Shown: in pieces, positions 53,249 to 61,979 of the stretch
Layout: each line of letters starts with the position of its first letter
How positions within the stretch are numbered: the first letter of the stretch is position 1
DNA from: Vulcanimicrobiota bacterium
Lineage (GTDB): Bacteria; Vulcanimicrobiota; Vulcanimicrobiia; Vulcanimicrobiales; Vulcanimicrobiaceae
Length of the DNA stretch: 64,000 bases
Direction: 5' to 3'
Assembly: GCA_963695225.1 (NCBI GenBank)
Contig: OY968762.1
Location: forward strand, 2,144,001-2,208,000
The notes under the pieces: generated by a model
The model's input: the letters and a program-made list of their open reading frames with translations, nothing else
Told to the model about the DNA's origin: nothing
Databases searched by the model: none
Made by a program: the position numbers and the translations under genes

Positions 53249-53596
53249 TTAGCGGTTCGCATCGAACTCGGGCGCCGGAGGGGCGAATCCGTCGGCTTCG
53301 AGCCAGCGGCGCAGATGGTCGACGTACTCCCGCCCGAACGTATCGAGCAGGCAGCGCAGGTACGTGTCGTAGTGCGCCGTGCGGCCTTCGGCGAGGTAGT
53401 CTTCGAGGACGCGCCGGTGAATCGCCATGTATCCGTCGCGCAGGCGCAGCCCGCCGTGAATCAGCCCCACGAGCAACTCGCTGGCCGAGAGTTCGCGCCT
53501 CGCGTCGAGGCGCTGCTGGAACCATTCGTCGAGCGCCCCGGGAAGGCGCGTCGAGCGAGTCGGCCCCATCGTCGCTGTGCCTTTGCGGCGAGGCAT
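53249..53596 (-). CDS. Hypothetical protein with a ribbon-helix-helix-like N-terminus
   Basis: STRLP..LDEW.......SASELL..LI pattern; GAGGGG SD. Confidence 0.55.
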   Translation of the reverse strand: MPRRKGTATMGPTRSTRLPGALDEWFQQRLDARRELSASELLVGLIHGGLRLRDGYMAIHRRVLEDYLAEGRTAHYDTYLRCLLDTFGREYVDHLRRWLEADGFAPPAPEFDANR

Positions 53597-53615
53597 CGGA
53601 ACCGCCCCTCAGGAT

Positions 53616-53792
53616 TTAGTGAGCGTCTAGCGACGTATCGCGTTCGCGCTCGCCTTCGGGCGCGGGGGCCGGCTTCGGCGCGCGTTCGTGTTCGTGTTCG
53701 TGATCGTGATCGGCGTGCCCGTGCTCGTGCGTGTGCGAGATGCCGTCGGCGTGCGCGTGCGCGTGGCTGTGTTCCTCTGCGTGCGATTCCAT
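53616..53792 (-). CDS. His-rich 58-aa peptide (putative Ni/metal-binding), not in the ORF track
   Basis: MESHAEEHSHAHAHADGISHTHEHGHADHDHEHEHERAPKPAPAPEGERERDTSLDAH; 14 His; AGGGAG SD; host-like codon usage. Confidence 0.8.
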   Translation of the reverse strand: MESHAEEHSHAHAHADGISHTHEHGHADHDHEHEHERAPKPAPAPEGERERDTSLDAH

Positions 53793-53978
53793 CGAGTATC
53801 TCCCTGGGATTCGACTGAAGGTTCGTTGGACCGGTCGCCGCGCCTGTGCGCAACCGGCCTCGAAGAGGCCCCGGGGGCGCTCCGGCCGCCGAGCGGCGTT
53901 CGAACGCGTCGTGGGCCTTCAGACCGGAGCGCCCGGCACCGATGTATGTAAGGTAGCCACGGTCGATGAAGGGACACG

Positions 53979-55007
53979 ATGCAGACATTCCCGCTGATCC
54001 TTGCGCTCGCGGCGCGTACGGACGAACGCTCCGCATTCGCGCGTCGCGCCGTCGTCCTCGCGGGCGTGCTCCTGCTTGGCGGATGCTCCCTGACGGGGGG
54101 AAAAGCCGCCGCGCCGACCACGACGGGTGCCGTCGCCGAGTACAAGATTCCGACGTTCGATTCGGCGCCGGACCACGTGGCGGTCGGTCCGGACGGTAAT
54201 CTCTGGTTCACCGAGTCGAACGGCAACAAGATCGGCAAGATGACGCCGGCGGGAGACGTCAACGAATACGATGTCCCGACGGCCGACGCGCATCCGGACG
54301 GCATCGTGGCCGGCCCCGACGGGAACATGTGGTTCATCGAGCGGACCGGGAACAAAGTGGCCAAGGCCACGCTCTCCGGTGCCGTCACGGAGTACCCGAT
54401 CCCGACGGCTGCCGCCGAGGCCATTGCGATCGCGCGCGGGCCGGACGGCAACCTGTGGTTCACCGAGCTCTTCGGCAACAAGATCGGCAAGATCACCACG
54501 GACGGCGCGATCGCGGAATATGCAGTGCCGACCCCGGACGGCGGACCACTCGGGATCTGCGCCGGCCCCGACGGCGACGTCTGGTTCACCGAAGCCAAAG
54601 CCTCGCAGATCGGCAGGATCACGAGATCGGGCACCGTCACCGAATACCGTGTGCCGACTCCGAACTCTCGTCCGTACTACATCGTCAAGGGCTCGGACGG
54701 CAACCTGTGGTTTACCGAGGGCTTCGGCAACAAGATCGGCAGGGTCACTCCGGCCGGTAGATTCACCGAGTACCCGGTGCCGACGGCGGGCAGCGGGCCG
54801 ATCGGCATCACGCCCGGACCCGGCGGCAACCTGTGGTTTACGGAATACTACGGCGCCAAGGTCGGCAAGATCACGCCGGCAGGGAAGTTCGACGAGTATC
54901 CGGTCCCGGCGACCGGTGCCTACATGTGGGACATCGTGACCGGCCCGAACGGCAACCTCTGGTTCACGGAGTTCGGCGCGAGCAACATCGGCACGATCGC
55001 GCCCTGA
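53979..55007 (+). CDS. Vgb (virginiamycin B lyase)-like beta-propeller lipoprotein
   Basis: Lipobox LGGC; seven GPDGNLWFTE..NKIG-type repeats. Confidence 0.8.
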   Translation: MQTFPLILALAARTDERSAFARRAVVLAGVLLLGGCSLTGGKAAAPTTTGAVAEYKIPTFDSAPDHVAVGPDGNLWFTESNGNKIGKMTPAGDVNEYDVPTADAHPDGIVAGPDGNMWFIERTGNKVAKATLSGAVTEYPIPTAAAEAIAIARGPDGNLWFTELFGNKIGKITTDGAIAEYAVPTPDGGPLGICAGPDGDVWFTEAKASQIGRITRSGTVTEYRVPTPNSRPYYIVKGSDGNLWFTEGFGNKIGRVTPAGRFTEYPVPTAGSGPIGITPGPGGNLWFTEYYGAKVGKITPAGKFDEYPVPATGAYMWDIVTGPNGNLWFTEFGASNIGTIAP

Positions 55008-55011
55008 ACTC

Positions 55012-55032
55012 GATGATGATGATGATGACGAT
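55012..55032. repeat. (GAT)5-GAC-GAT microsatellite between the Vgb paralogs
   Basis: Directly visible in the sequence. Confidence 0.8.
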
Positions 55033-55054
55033 CGCACGACTTGGGAAGGGTGAC

Positions 55055-56044
55055 ATGCGCGCGGCAAAGCGGTTTTCAATCGCGGTGGGCGGCGGGGGTC
55101 TCCTCGCGACGGCGCTCCTGCTAGCCGGGTGCGGCGGCACGACGACGCCTGCCGTTACGAGTCCGATCACCGAGTACACGCTCAGCGGGACTGCCAAGTT
55201 CCCGGACTTCATCGCGGCGGGGGGCGACGGCAATCTCTGGTTCACGGAATACGGCGCGAACAAGATCGGCAAGATCACGACTGCCGGGGCCGTCACCGAG
55301 TACGCCGGCTTGTCGGCGTCCGCGCAACCGGCGGGGATCGCCCTCGGACCCGACGGGAACATATGGTTTACGGAGCAAGGCGCGAACAAGATCGGCAAGA
55401 TAACGCCCTCCGGCTCGGTCAGCGAGTACGGCGGACTGAGCCTGGGAGCGTCGCCGCTCGGCATCGTTGCGGGACCGGACGGGAACCTGTGGTTCGCCGA
55501 GACCGGGAGCAGCAAGATCGGCAAGATAACCCCGGGCGGCACGGTCACCGAGTATCCGACGACGGCGGCGGGGGCCGCTCCGGTGGGCATCGCGGCCGGT
55601 CCGGACGGGAACCTCTGGTTCACTGAGTACGCCGCGAACAACGTCGGCCGCATCACGACGACCGGCACCGTCACCGAGTTTCCGGTGCCGACGAGCGGCG
55701 CGGGGCCATACGGCGTCGCAGCCGGACCCGACGGCAATCTCTGGTTCACGGAACGGAACGGGAACAAGGTCGGGACGATCGCGACCGACGGGACCATCGT
55801 CGCCGAGCGTGCGCTGGTGTTTCCAAACTCGTACCCGATCGCCATCGCCGCCGGCCCCGGCGGGAACATGTGGTTCACGGAATACGGCTATAACCGCGTC
55901 GGAAAGTTCACGACGGCCGGCGCAATCTCCGAATACATCACTCCGACGGTCGGCCCCGGCCTCTGGGGTATCGCCGCGGGCCCCGACGGCAACATGTGGT
56001 TTGCCGAATACGGAGCGAACACCATCGGCAAACTCGTCCCGTAG
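55055..56044 (+). CDS. Second Vgb-like beta-propeller lipoprotein
   Basis: Lipobox LAGC; seven repeats; GGAAGG SD before ATG 55055. Confidence 0.8.
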   Translation: MRAAKRFSIAVGGGGLLATALLLAGCGGTTTPAVTSPITEYTLSGTAKFPDFIAAGGDGNLWFTEYGANKIGKITTAGAVTEYAGLSASAQPAGIALGPDGNIWFTEQGANKIGKITPSGSVSEYGGLSLGASPLGIVAGPDGNLWFAETGSSKIGKITPGGTVTEYPTTAAGAAPVGIAAGPDGNLWFTEYAANNVGRITTTGTVTEFPVPTSGAGPYGVAAGPDGNLWFTERNGNKVGTIATDGTIVAERALVFPNSYPIAIAAGPGGNMWFTEYGYNRVGKFTTAGAISEYITPTVGPGLWGIAAGPDGNMWFAEYGANTIGKLVP

Positions 56045-56065
56045 AGAGCGACGGGCGAGAGTTCG

Positions 56066-57514
56066 TCAGCGGACCGGTGCCGCCGACTCGCGCCGCGGAG
56101 CGACGCGCGGCTCTAGAGCGACGCCGGTCGCGATCCCCACGAGCGCGAGCAGCCCGGTCCAGGTCGGGAGCTTCGCGAGCGTGTACGCGGTGCCGTTCGA
56201 CTGCATGAATTGCCGCACGAAGATGCCCCAGCTCTGCTGTGCGAGCGCGGCCGGATCGTAGCCGCGCGCCAGCGCCGCGGCCGGATCCGGGAAATCGACG
56301 AGGTACTGCGAGGGCCATACCGCGAGCACCATCGCCGCGCACGCCAGGGCGGCTGCGACGAGCGGCCGCCTGACGCCCAGCGTCCAAGCGAGCACGAGCG
56401 CGGCGAGCGCGACGAGCAGCGGAAACACCAACCCTAGATTGAGGAATTGCACCCAAGGGACCGCCGCGAGGCCGAGGACGCAGGCTAGCGCCGGACGGCG
56501 GTTCGGAAGCGCGACGTACAGGATCGCTGCGGCCGGAATCATCGCGGCCATCTGCAGCACGTGCACGAACGGCCCCCCTACGAGCGTGAAGACGGGCGGC
56601 AGCGCGGCGAGCAGCGCCGGAGCGCCGAGCCGTTCCGCGAGCGCGCGCGCCACGAGCAATCCGAGCGCGAGCATCGCGAGATACGAGAAGGATCCCAGCC
56701 GCATCGCCGTTGCATCGGATGCGCCGAATTGATGCGCGAGCAACGTGAGGCTGAGTTGCTTCTCGTTGACGAGTTCGGAGAGCGTATGCGCGGGCACCAC
56801 GGCCCGCAGGTATTCGAGGTTGCGCGCGACGCCGCCGAGCGCGAGGGAGAGCGCTCCGAGCGCGGCCGCCGACGCCGACAAGATCGTCCGTGTCCGCGGC
56901 GCAAATAGGAAGAGCGAGAGGCACACGGGGAGGCCGAGGTGCGGCTCGATCATCGTGACGGCCGCGGCTGCGGCGGCGAGGCCGGGGCGGCCGCGCGCGA
57001 GCGCCCAGGCGGCGAACGCGAGCGCGGCGACGACGAGCGGGACGATCTGGCCGAGGCTCATCGCGGCGTACCCGTCGTTGAGCGCCAGCGCGGCAAGCAG
57101 GCCGGCGAGGGGGAGCCCGGTCAGGTCGCGCAACGCCCAAGCCGTGGCGACGACGCACGCGAGGGAGAGCGCGAGCCAGAACAGCGCGGCGGGGCCGTAC
57201 GGCGCGCGGGCGAGCAGCGCGAACGGCGCGAGCGCGTACGGCGGGAGCGGCGCCGGCATCGCGAGGTTGGGGATCCCGCTGTGCAGCCCGAACGGCTTCG
57301 GCGTCCGCTCGCACGAGCCGAGGGGTTCGGCGAGGTACGGATCGGCGCCGGCGTCGATCGCGGCGCCCGCGCAATAGAATGCGTTGAAGTCGCGCAGCGC
57401 GCCGGTCGGCTGCAGGTGCCGGCTCGCCGGCGCGAAGACGATCGCGACGATCAAGGCGGCGAGCGCAATGCCGATCGTGAGTGCTTCGCGGCGGTTCAGC
57501 GCGCGCGGAATCAA
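56066..57514 (-). CDS. GT87-like membrane glycosyltransferase
   Basis: RDFNAFY.AG, DPY, PP, LGQ motifs, multiple TMs; start uncertain (TTG 57514 preferred). Confidence 0.7.
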   Translation of the reverse strand: MIPRALNRREALTIGIALAALIVAIVFAPASRHLQPTGALRDFNAFYCAGAAIDAGADPYLAEPLGSCERTPKPFGLHSGIPNLAMPAPLPPYALAPFALLARAPYGPAALFWLALSLACVVATAWALRDLTGLPLAGLLAALALNDGYAAMSLGQIVPLVVAALAFAAWALARGRPGLAAAAAAVTMIEPHLGLPVCLSLFLFAPRTRTILSASAAALGALSLALGGVARNLEYLRAVVPAHTLSELVNEKQLSLTLLAHQFGASDATAMRLGSFSYLAMLALGLLVARALAERLGAPALLAALPPVFTLVGGPFVHVLQMAAMIPAAAILYVALPNRRPALACVLGLAAVPWVQFLNLGLVFPLLVALAALVLAWTLGVRRPLVAAALACAAMVLAVWPSQYLVDFPDPAAALARGYDPAALAQQSWGIFVRQFMQSNGTAYTLAKLPTWTGLLALVGIATGVALEPRVAPRRESAAPVR

Positions 57515-57739
57515 CCGGGGTTCCCCATCCTCTTCCTTATCGGCTTCATTGCCGGCGAAATGCGGTCGCCGGCCTCTGGCGGAGAGCAAGCGATCGCGCG
57601 CCGCCGCCGAAATCGTAACGGCACATTCCCAAACGGCGTTCGCGAGCGCGAATGCCGGAGTGCCGGCGGAGGAAGCGCACGCGGACATGGCACCCTCTCC
57701 CACGACGGAACGGCGTCAGCCGCGGGGTACGAACCGCTG

Positions 57740-58108
57740 ATGGACGAGCATTATGCGGGCGCCAGTTCCCTCGGAGCGATCCGGTACGACAAGCTCGTGC
57801 GGGACCGGATTCCGGAGATCGTCAGCGCGAGCGGGCTCGTCCCCGTCACGCGCACGCTCGGGGAGCGGGAATACATCGCGGCGCTTCGCGCGAAAGTCGC
57901 CGAAGAAGCAGCCGAACTCGCCGACGCCTCGGATGAGGAGCTCGTGAACGAGTTGGCCGATCTCCAGGAGGCCTGCGACGCGCTCGGCACCGCGCTGCAG
58001 ATCGCCCCTGAGGACGTCCGGCGCGCACGCGAAGAGCGCGCGCGTTCGCGCGGGCTCTTCGAAAAGCGCACGTTTCTGATCGAAACGCATCCGCGAGAGA
58101 AGCGCTAG
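57740..58108 (+). CDS. MazG/HisE-like nucleoside triphosphate pyrophosphohydrolase
   Basis: YDKLVRDRIPEI, EEAAE, ELAD, RGLF. Confidence 0.85.
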   Translation: MDEHYAGASSLGAIRYDKLVRDRIPEIVSASGLVPVTRTLGEREYIAALRAKVAEEAAELADASDEELVNELADLQEACDALGTALQIAPEDVRRAREERARSRGLFEKRTFLIETHPREKR

Positions 58109-58109
58109 C

Positions 58110-59000
58110 CTGCAAAGCGGGGGGCCGGCGCCCGCGTTCGCTCGAACGCGCGAGCGGATCCTGGCGGAGATCGAGCGCGACGCCGCCAACCCGGCGCTCG
58201 ACGGGAGGGCGCTCCCGCGGTTCTACGATCACGGCGCCCCGGTCGAGCGCGCGGTCGTGCTGTTCCATGGCTTCACCAGCTGCCCGCAGCAGTTCGACGA
58301 GCTCGCGCGGCGCTTCCACGCAGCCGGTTGCAACGCATACGTGCCGCGCATCCCGCGCCACGGCTTGCGGGACCGGCTGACGCGGAATCTCGCGCAACTG
58401 ACGGTCGCCGAGTTGCAGGCTTCGGCGAACGAGGCGTACGAACTCGCGTGCGGTCTCGGCGCGCGCGTCAGCGTTCTCGGCATCTCGCTCGGCGGTTCGA
58501 TGGCCGCGTGGCTCGCGCAAACTGCGCCGCTCGACCTTGCGATCCCGGTCGCGCCGTTCCTCATGCCGATCCTGCTGCCGGAGGCGATCGGCCTGCCGGT
58601 GATGCGCCTCTTCGACGCGCTGCCGGACCTGTACGTGTTCTGGGATCCGCGCGTGAGGGAGAAGTGCCTCCCCGACTACGCCTATCCCGGATTTCCGACG
58701 CACGCCCTCACGCAGTGCATCTTCCTCGGCGACGCCGTGATCGAGCGAGCCGCGAAGGCGAAGCCGCTCGCACGTCGCTGCACGCTCGTGACGAACGCGA
58801 ACGAAAGCGCCGTCAACAACGGCGTCGCGCGCAGCCTCATGGGGACTTGGCGACGGGGCGGCGGGGATTACTCCGAACTCGTTCTCGAAGGCCTCGGCCC
58901 GCCGCGCCACGACATCATCGACCCGACGACGTTCCCCCAAGCACGCGCGCTCGTCTATCCGAAGCTGGAAGCGCTCGTCCTGGAAACGCCGACCGATTAG
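58110..59000 (+). CDS. Alpha/beta hydrolase (carboxylesterase-like)
   Basis: FHGFTSCP, GISLGG nucleophile, C-terminal HD; frame open from CTG 58110, first canonical start at 58257. Confidence 0.8.
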   Translation: MQSGGPAPAFARTRERILAEIERDAANPALDGRALPRFYDHGAPVERAVVLFHGFTSCPQQFDELARRFHAAGCNAYVPRIPRHGLRDRLTRNLAQLTVAELQASANEAYELACGLGARVSVLGISLGGSMAAWLAQTAPLDLAIPVAPFLMPILLPEAIGLPVMRLFDALPDLYVFWDPRVREKCLPDYAYPGFPTHALTQCIFLGDAVIERAAKAKPLARRCTLVTNANESAVNNGVARSLMGTWRRGGGDYSELVLEGLGPPRHDIIDPTTFPQARALVYPKLEALVLETPTD

Positions 59001-59006
59001 GCACAG

Positions 59007-59035
59007 TCGCCGCCGCCCTAGATCGGCGGCGGCGA
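59007..59035 (+). terminator. GC-rich hairpin after the hydrolase
   Basis: TCGCCGCCGCC-7 nt-GGCGGCGGCGA; no long U-tract. Confidence 0.5.
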
Positions 59036-59373
59036 TTCCGGTGCAAACGCGGTGCGACGCGGCGAGCGACCCCCGCGGGCCCGTGCGCGCTCGGGCTTTG
59101 CTGTCGGCGGTCTGGCCGCTATAGACGTTCTGCCCATGCTTAGGACAGCGGTACTGTGTCGCGCAATATTCTTGCAGCGAAGAGCAGAAAGCAATTCATA
59201 CGCACAGTCGCTTTGATCAGCGTCTCAAGCTCGCGCCAGTCGTTCGCTGCGCAGAAGCATAAGCTCCCCGAGCATTGGAGAAGCACTTTGCAGGCGCTGG
59301 CGTAGTCACCTAGCGTCTGTGCTCGCAACGGATATCCAGCGGCGGAGAATTGTGCGCTAGAGTTGCGCGTTCG

Positions 59374-60777
59374 TCAATGCGCGCCGAGCGCGGCGAAGAG
59401 CAAGAGCCAAATTAGCATTCCACCAACCGACAACGCCGGAACTTTTGAGAGGAAGCTGTCAGGTCCTCGATCGTCGTTCGGAAGGGGACGCCTTGCGGCT
59501 AAATACACCAGCAGCACGACAATCGGAAAAGCATAGAACGGGACAAGCATGAGCGCAGAGTACCGGGAGACCATGGTCTCGAGCACGCAGCCTCCCAAGA
59601 ACGCTGCAGACATGGCCCCCACTGCTCTCAGGAGAAACGCGCGTCCGGCGTCTGGGACGCCGGCAGCGAGACGGCGGGTCGCGTAGAGCACCCCGATTGC
59701 CGGAAGAAGCAGGAAGCCGTCGTTCAGAACGATGGCAGCTTCATCGAAATCCACCGAGAGCGGCAGCCCCGAGCTGTCGCGATAGCCCATTCTTTCCTCG
59801 GTTCCGGCGAGCGTTGTCACATCGCCATGAGGGCCGACCCGTAGGATGCTTCTGGAGTCGCCGACATAGACGATCCCGCTCCGGTCTACCGCGATTGTGG
59901 ACCCGCTGGTTGCGGCGACCGTGGTCACGACGCCGTCGATCGTGACCTTTCGAATCCGGCGGTTGGATCTGTCTACGACGAGGAGGTCACCACTTGGATC
60001 AAACGCGATCGCAGTCGGACCGCGGAAGCGCGCGGCGATCCCCCTTCCGTCTCGGTAACTCTCTTCCGAATAGTCGCGGCCGTTTCCCGCGATCGTCGTC
60101 ACGACACCGGCCGGCGTGACCTTTCGAATCGAGTCGTTGGCGGCATCGGCAACGTAGATATTGCCGTCCCGGCCGATGGCCAAGGCTGCAGGACTGGCAA
60201 AGCGGGCTGCGGACCCGGTGCCGTCGCGGAAGTCCCAGCCGCGTTCACCTGTGCTGGGCCTTCCGGCTAGCGTGGTTACGGCTCCGGACGGGGCGATCTT
60301 ACGAATGACATTATTGCCGTTGTCGGCAACATAAACGTAGCCGTCCGTATCTACGGCCACGCCGAGTGGGCGATTGAACTGCGCGTCGACGGCCGGACCA
60401 TCTCTGTAGCCGGCGCCCGCGTCGCTGCCTGCGAGGAGGGTGATCTTGCCGGTCGGCGTGATTCTCACGATGTGATTCGTTGCCGAATCTGCAGCGTAGA
60501 GATTCCCTCCCGCATCAAACGCCAGTCCTTCCGGATGCACGAGAAGCGCCTTCCAGGAGTTGTTCTTGAAGCCGCCTGCAAATGTGCTGACGGATCCGTC
60601 CGGCTTCATCTTTCGAATCGCGTGGTTTCCCCGATCGGCGATATAGAGGTCGCCCCGATCGTCCGTCGCCAGGCCCGCAACGCTCCAGAACTCCGCCCGA
60701 CACGCGGTGAGGAGCAACGTCGCGACGCAGATGCAGACGAGTCGCGTAACTCGAAAAGTGCCGAAGTTCTGTCGCAT
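59374..60777 (-). CDS. NHL-repeat beta-propeller protein with C-terminal TM helices
   Basis: Lipobox-like LTAC, repeats such as YVADNGNNVIRKI and DG...A.F..P, about four C-terminal TMs. Confidence 0.8.
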   Translation of the reverse strand: MRQNFGTFRVTRLVCICVATLLLTACRAEFWSVAGLATDDRGDLYIADRGNHAIRKMKPDGSVSTFAGGFKNNSWKALLVHPEGLAFDAGGNLYAADSATNHIVRITPTGKITLLAGSDAGAGYRDGPAVDAQFNRPLGVAVDTDGYVYVADNGNNVIRKIAPSGAVTTLAGRPSTGERGWDFRDGTGSAARFASPAALAIGRDGNIYVADAANDSIRKVTPAGVVTTIAGNGRDYSEESYRDGRGIAARFRGPTAIAFDPSGDLLVVDRSNRRIRKVTIDGVVTTVAATSGSTIAVDRSGIVYVGDSRSILRVGPHGDVTTLAGTEERMGYRDSSGLPLSVDFDEAAIVLNDGFLLLPAIGVLYATRRLAAGVPDAGRAFLLRAVGAMSAAFLGGCVLETMVSRYSALMLVPFYAFPIVVLLVYLAARRPLPNDDRGPDSFLSKVPALSVGGMLIWLLLFAALGAH

Positions 60778-60789
60778 TCAATGTCCCAT

Positions 60790-61335
60790 ATGCCCTATTG
60801 AAGGCGCTGCGGTCCAGGGCGAACCGCGCGACGACTGGGGCATCCGCGTTTCTTACGAGAGTTCCCAGCCGGATCGACGCCACGCCGCCCTCCAGCTTGG
60901 TAGCTCTCGGATCGAACAGGTCGCCGAGGCCCGGCAGGGCGAGCGTGCTGCTGAGGAGATGGATTGCCAGCCGGCTCGACGGGGCGTAGTACACCCGGAA
61001 GATCTCCGAGGGATGATGACGTCGCCCCACGTGTCTCTGCCGTCGCGCTTGAACCACAGGACCTTCGAGTTCTTGTACGTGGACGGGATGCGCAAGGTGT
61101 CCGGCGGGATCAAATAATGGTCCGTATCGATCCCTGCGTAGGCTGTCCCGATGAACAATTTTCCCGGGACATCGAGCGGGATCGTCGCGTACTCGAGGTC
61201 GTCGGGGTAGCCGCGTATCGCCCGCCCGTTCCGCCAGAGGTGGCCCAGCTTGAAAAGGGGCCACTCGGCGATGGAGAGGGAGACGGTCGAGTTGAGCCGC
61301 CGGTGGGCGTTCTCCTGGATGAGGACGTCCGCCAT
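60790..61335 (-). pseudogene. Frameshifted, truncated TnsE-like N-terminal remnant
   Basis: WPLFKLGHLWRNG...DVIIP/[frameshift near 61010]SEIFRVYYAPSSRLA; motif order resembles the Tn7 TnsE N-terminus as recalled; adjacent to a transposon-like end; boundaries approximate. Confidence 0.45.
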
Positions 61336-61402
61336 GGGGGTCGAGCGGTTCGCGTTGTGGCGGATGGGGCCGACCCGGGGCAAATTCGGCGGTTTTGGGC
61401 CC

Positions 61403-61470
61403 CCAGTCCAGTTTACGCTGTCCATTCCGATTAAATCGTGTCCATTCCAGATAATTGCTGTGAATTTACA
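61403..61470 (-). mobile_element. Tn7-family-like transposon end
   Basis: 5'-TGTAAATT followed by three tandem ~20-bp repeats CACAGCAATTATCTGGAATG / GACACGATTTAATCGGAATG / GACAGCGTAAACTGGACTGG. Confidence 0.6.
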
Positions 61471-61472
61471 GC

Positions 61473-61501
61473 TTGCCCATTCCTAAAACGATGCGTATAG
61501 T
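61473..61501 (+). promoter_or_regulatory. sigma70 promoter of the dcw cluster
   Basis: TTGCCC-17 bp-TATAGT. Confidence 0.7.
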
Positions 61502-61533
61502 GGGGGGAAGTGGAATAAAGTGGAGTAGGGTGG
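61500..61533 (+). promoter_or_regulatory. MraZ binding repeats
   Basis: GTGG at 61500, 61510, 61520 and 61530 (exact 10-bp period) upstream of mraZ. Confidence 0.85.
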
Positions 61534-61537
61534 AGGA

Positions 61538-61978
61538 GTGTCTCTCTCGTCGCGGTTCGTAGGGCGTTCGGCGCATTCTCTGGATGAGAAGGGCCGGCTC
61601 GTCGTGCCCTCGCGCTATCGCGAGCGGCTGGGGAAGAGCTTCATGATGACGATCGGGACCCCCGATCGCTGCCTTGCGCTCTACCCGCTCGACGCCTGGG
61701 AACTGTTCGCGAAACGGCTCGAGGAGGCGCCCGTGAAGAACGAGCGCTACCGGCGCAACCTCCGCTATATCATGCAGCACACCGAGGAGGTGACGCCGGA
61801 CGGGCAGGGGCGCTTCCTGATCCCGCCGGTCTTGCGTGCCTATGCCGGAATCACGCGCGACGTCGTTTCCGTCGGCGCGAATACCCGGGTCGAAATTTGG
61901 GCGAAGGATCTGCTGACCGCCGACGGCCCGTCGAGCGAAGACGCGGAAGCGTTCGTGACCGAGCTGGGCCTGTATTAG
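61538..61978 (+). CDS. mraZ: Division/cell-wall cluster repressor MraZ
   Basis: DEKGR and DGQGR motifs, EIW; first gene of the dcw cluster. Confidence 0.95.
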   Translation: MSLSSRFVGRSAHSLDEKGRLVVPSRYRERLGKSFMMTIGTPDRCLALYPLDAWELFAKRLEEAPVKNERYRRNLRYIMQHTEEVTPDGQGRFLIPPVLRAYAGITRDVVSVGANTRVEIWAKDLLTADGPSSEDAEAFVTELGLY

Positions 61979-61979
61979 T

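Noticed and set aside
55012..55030. (CAT)5 poly-His on the minus strand
   Set aside because: No start codon or SD in that frame; treated as a microsatellite
54150..56040. Regularly spaced DNA repeats resembling a CRISPR array
   Set aside because: Degenerate in-frame codon repeats of propeller blades; no cas genes
59095..59160. Candidate second transposon end (TGTCGGCG..., GGACAGCG)
   Set aside because: No tandem repeat series and the flank does not match the expected GCTTG duplication
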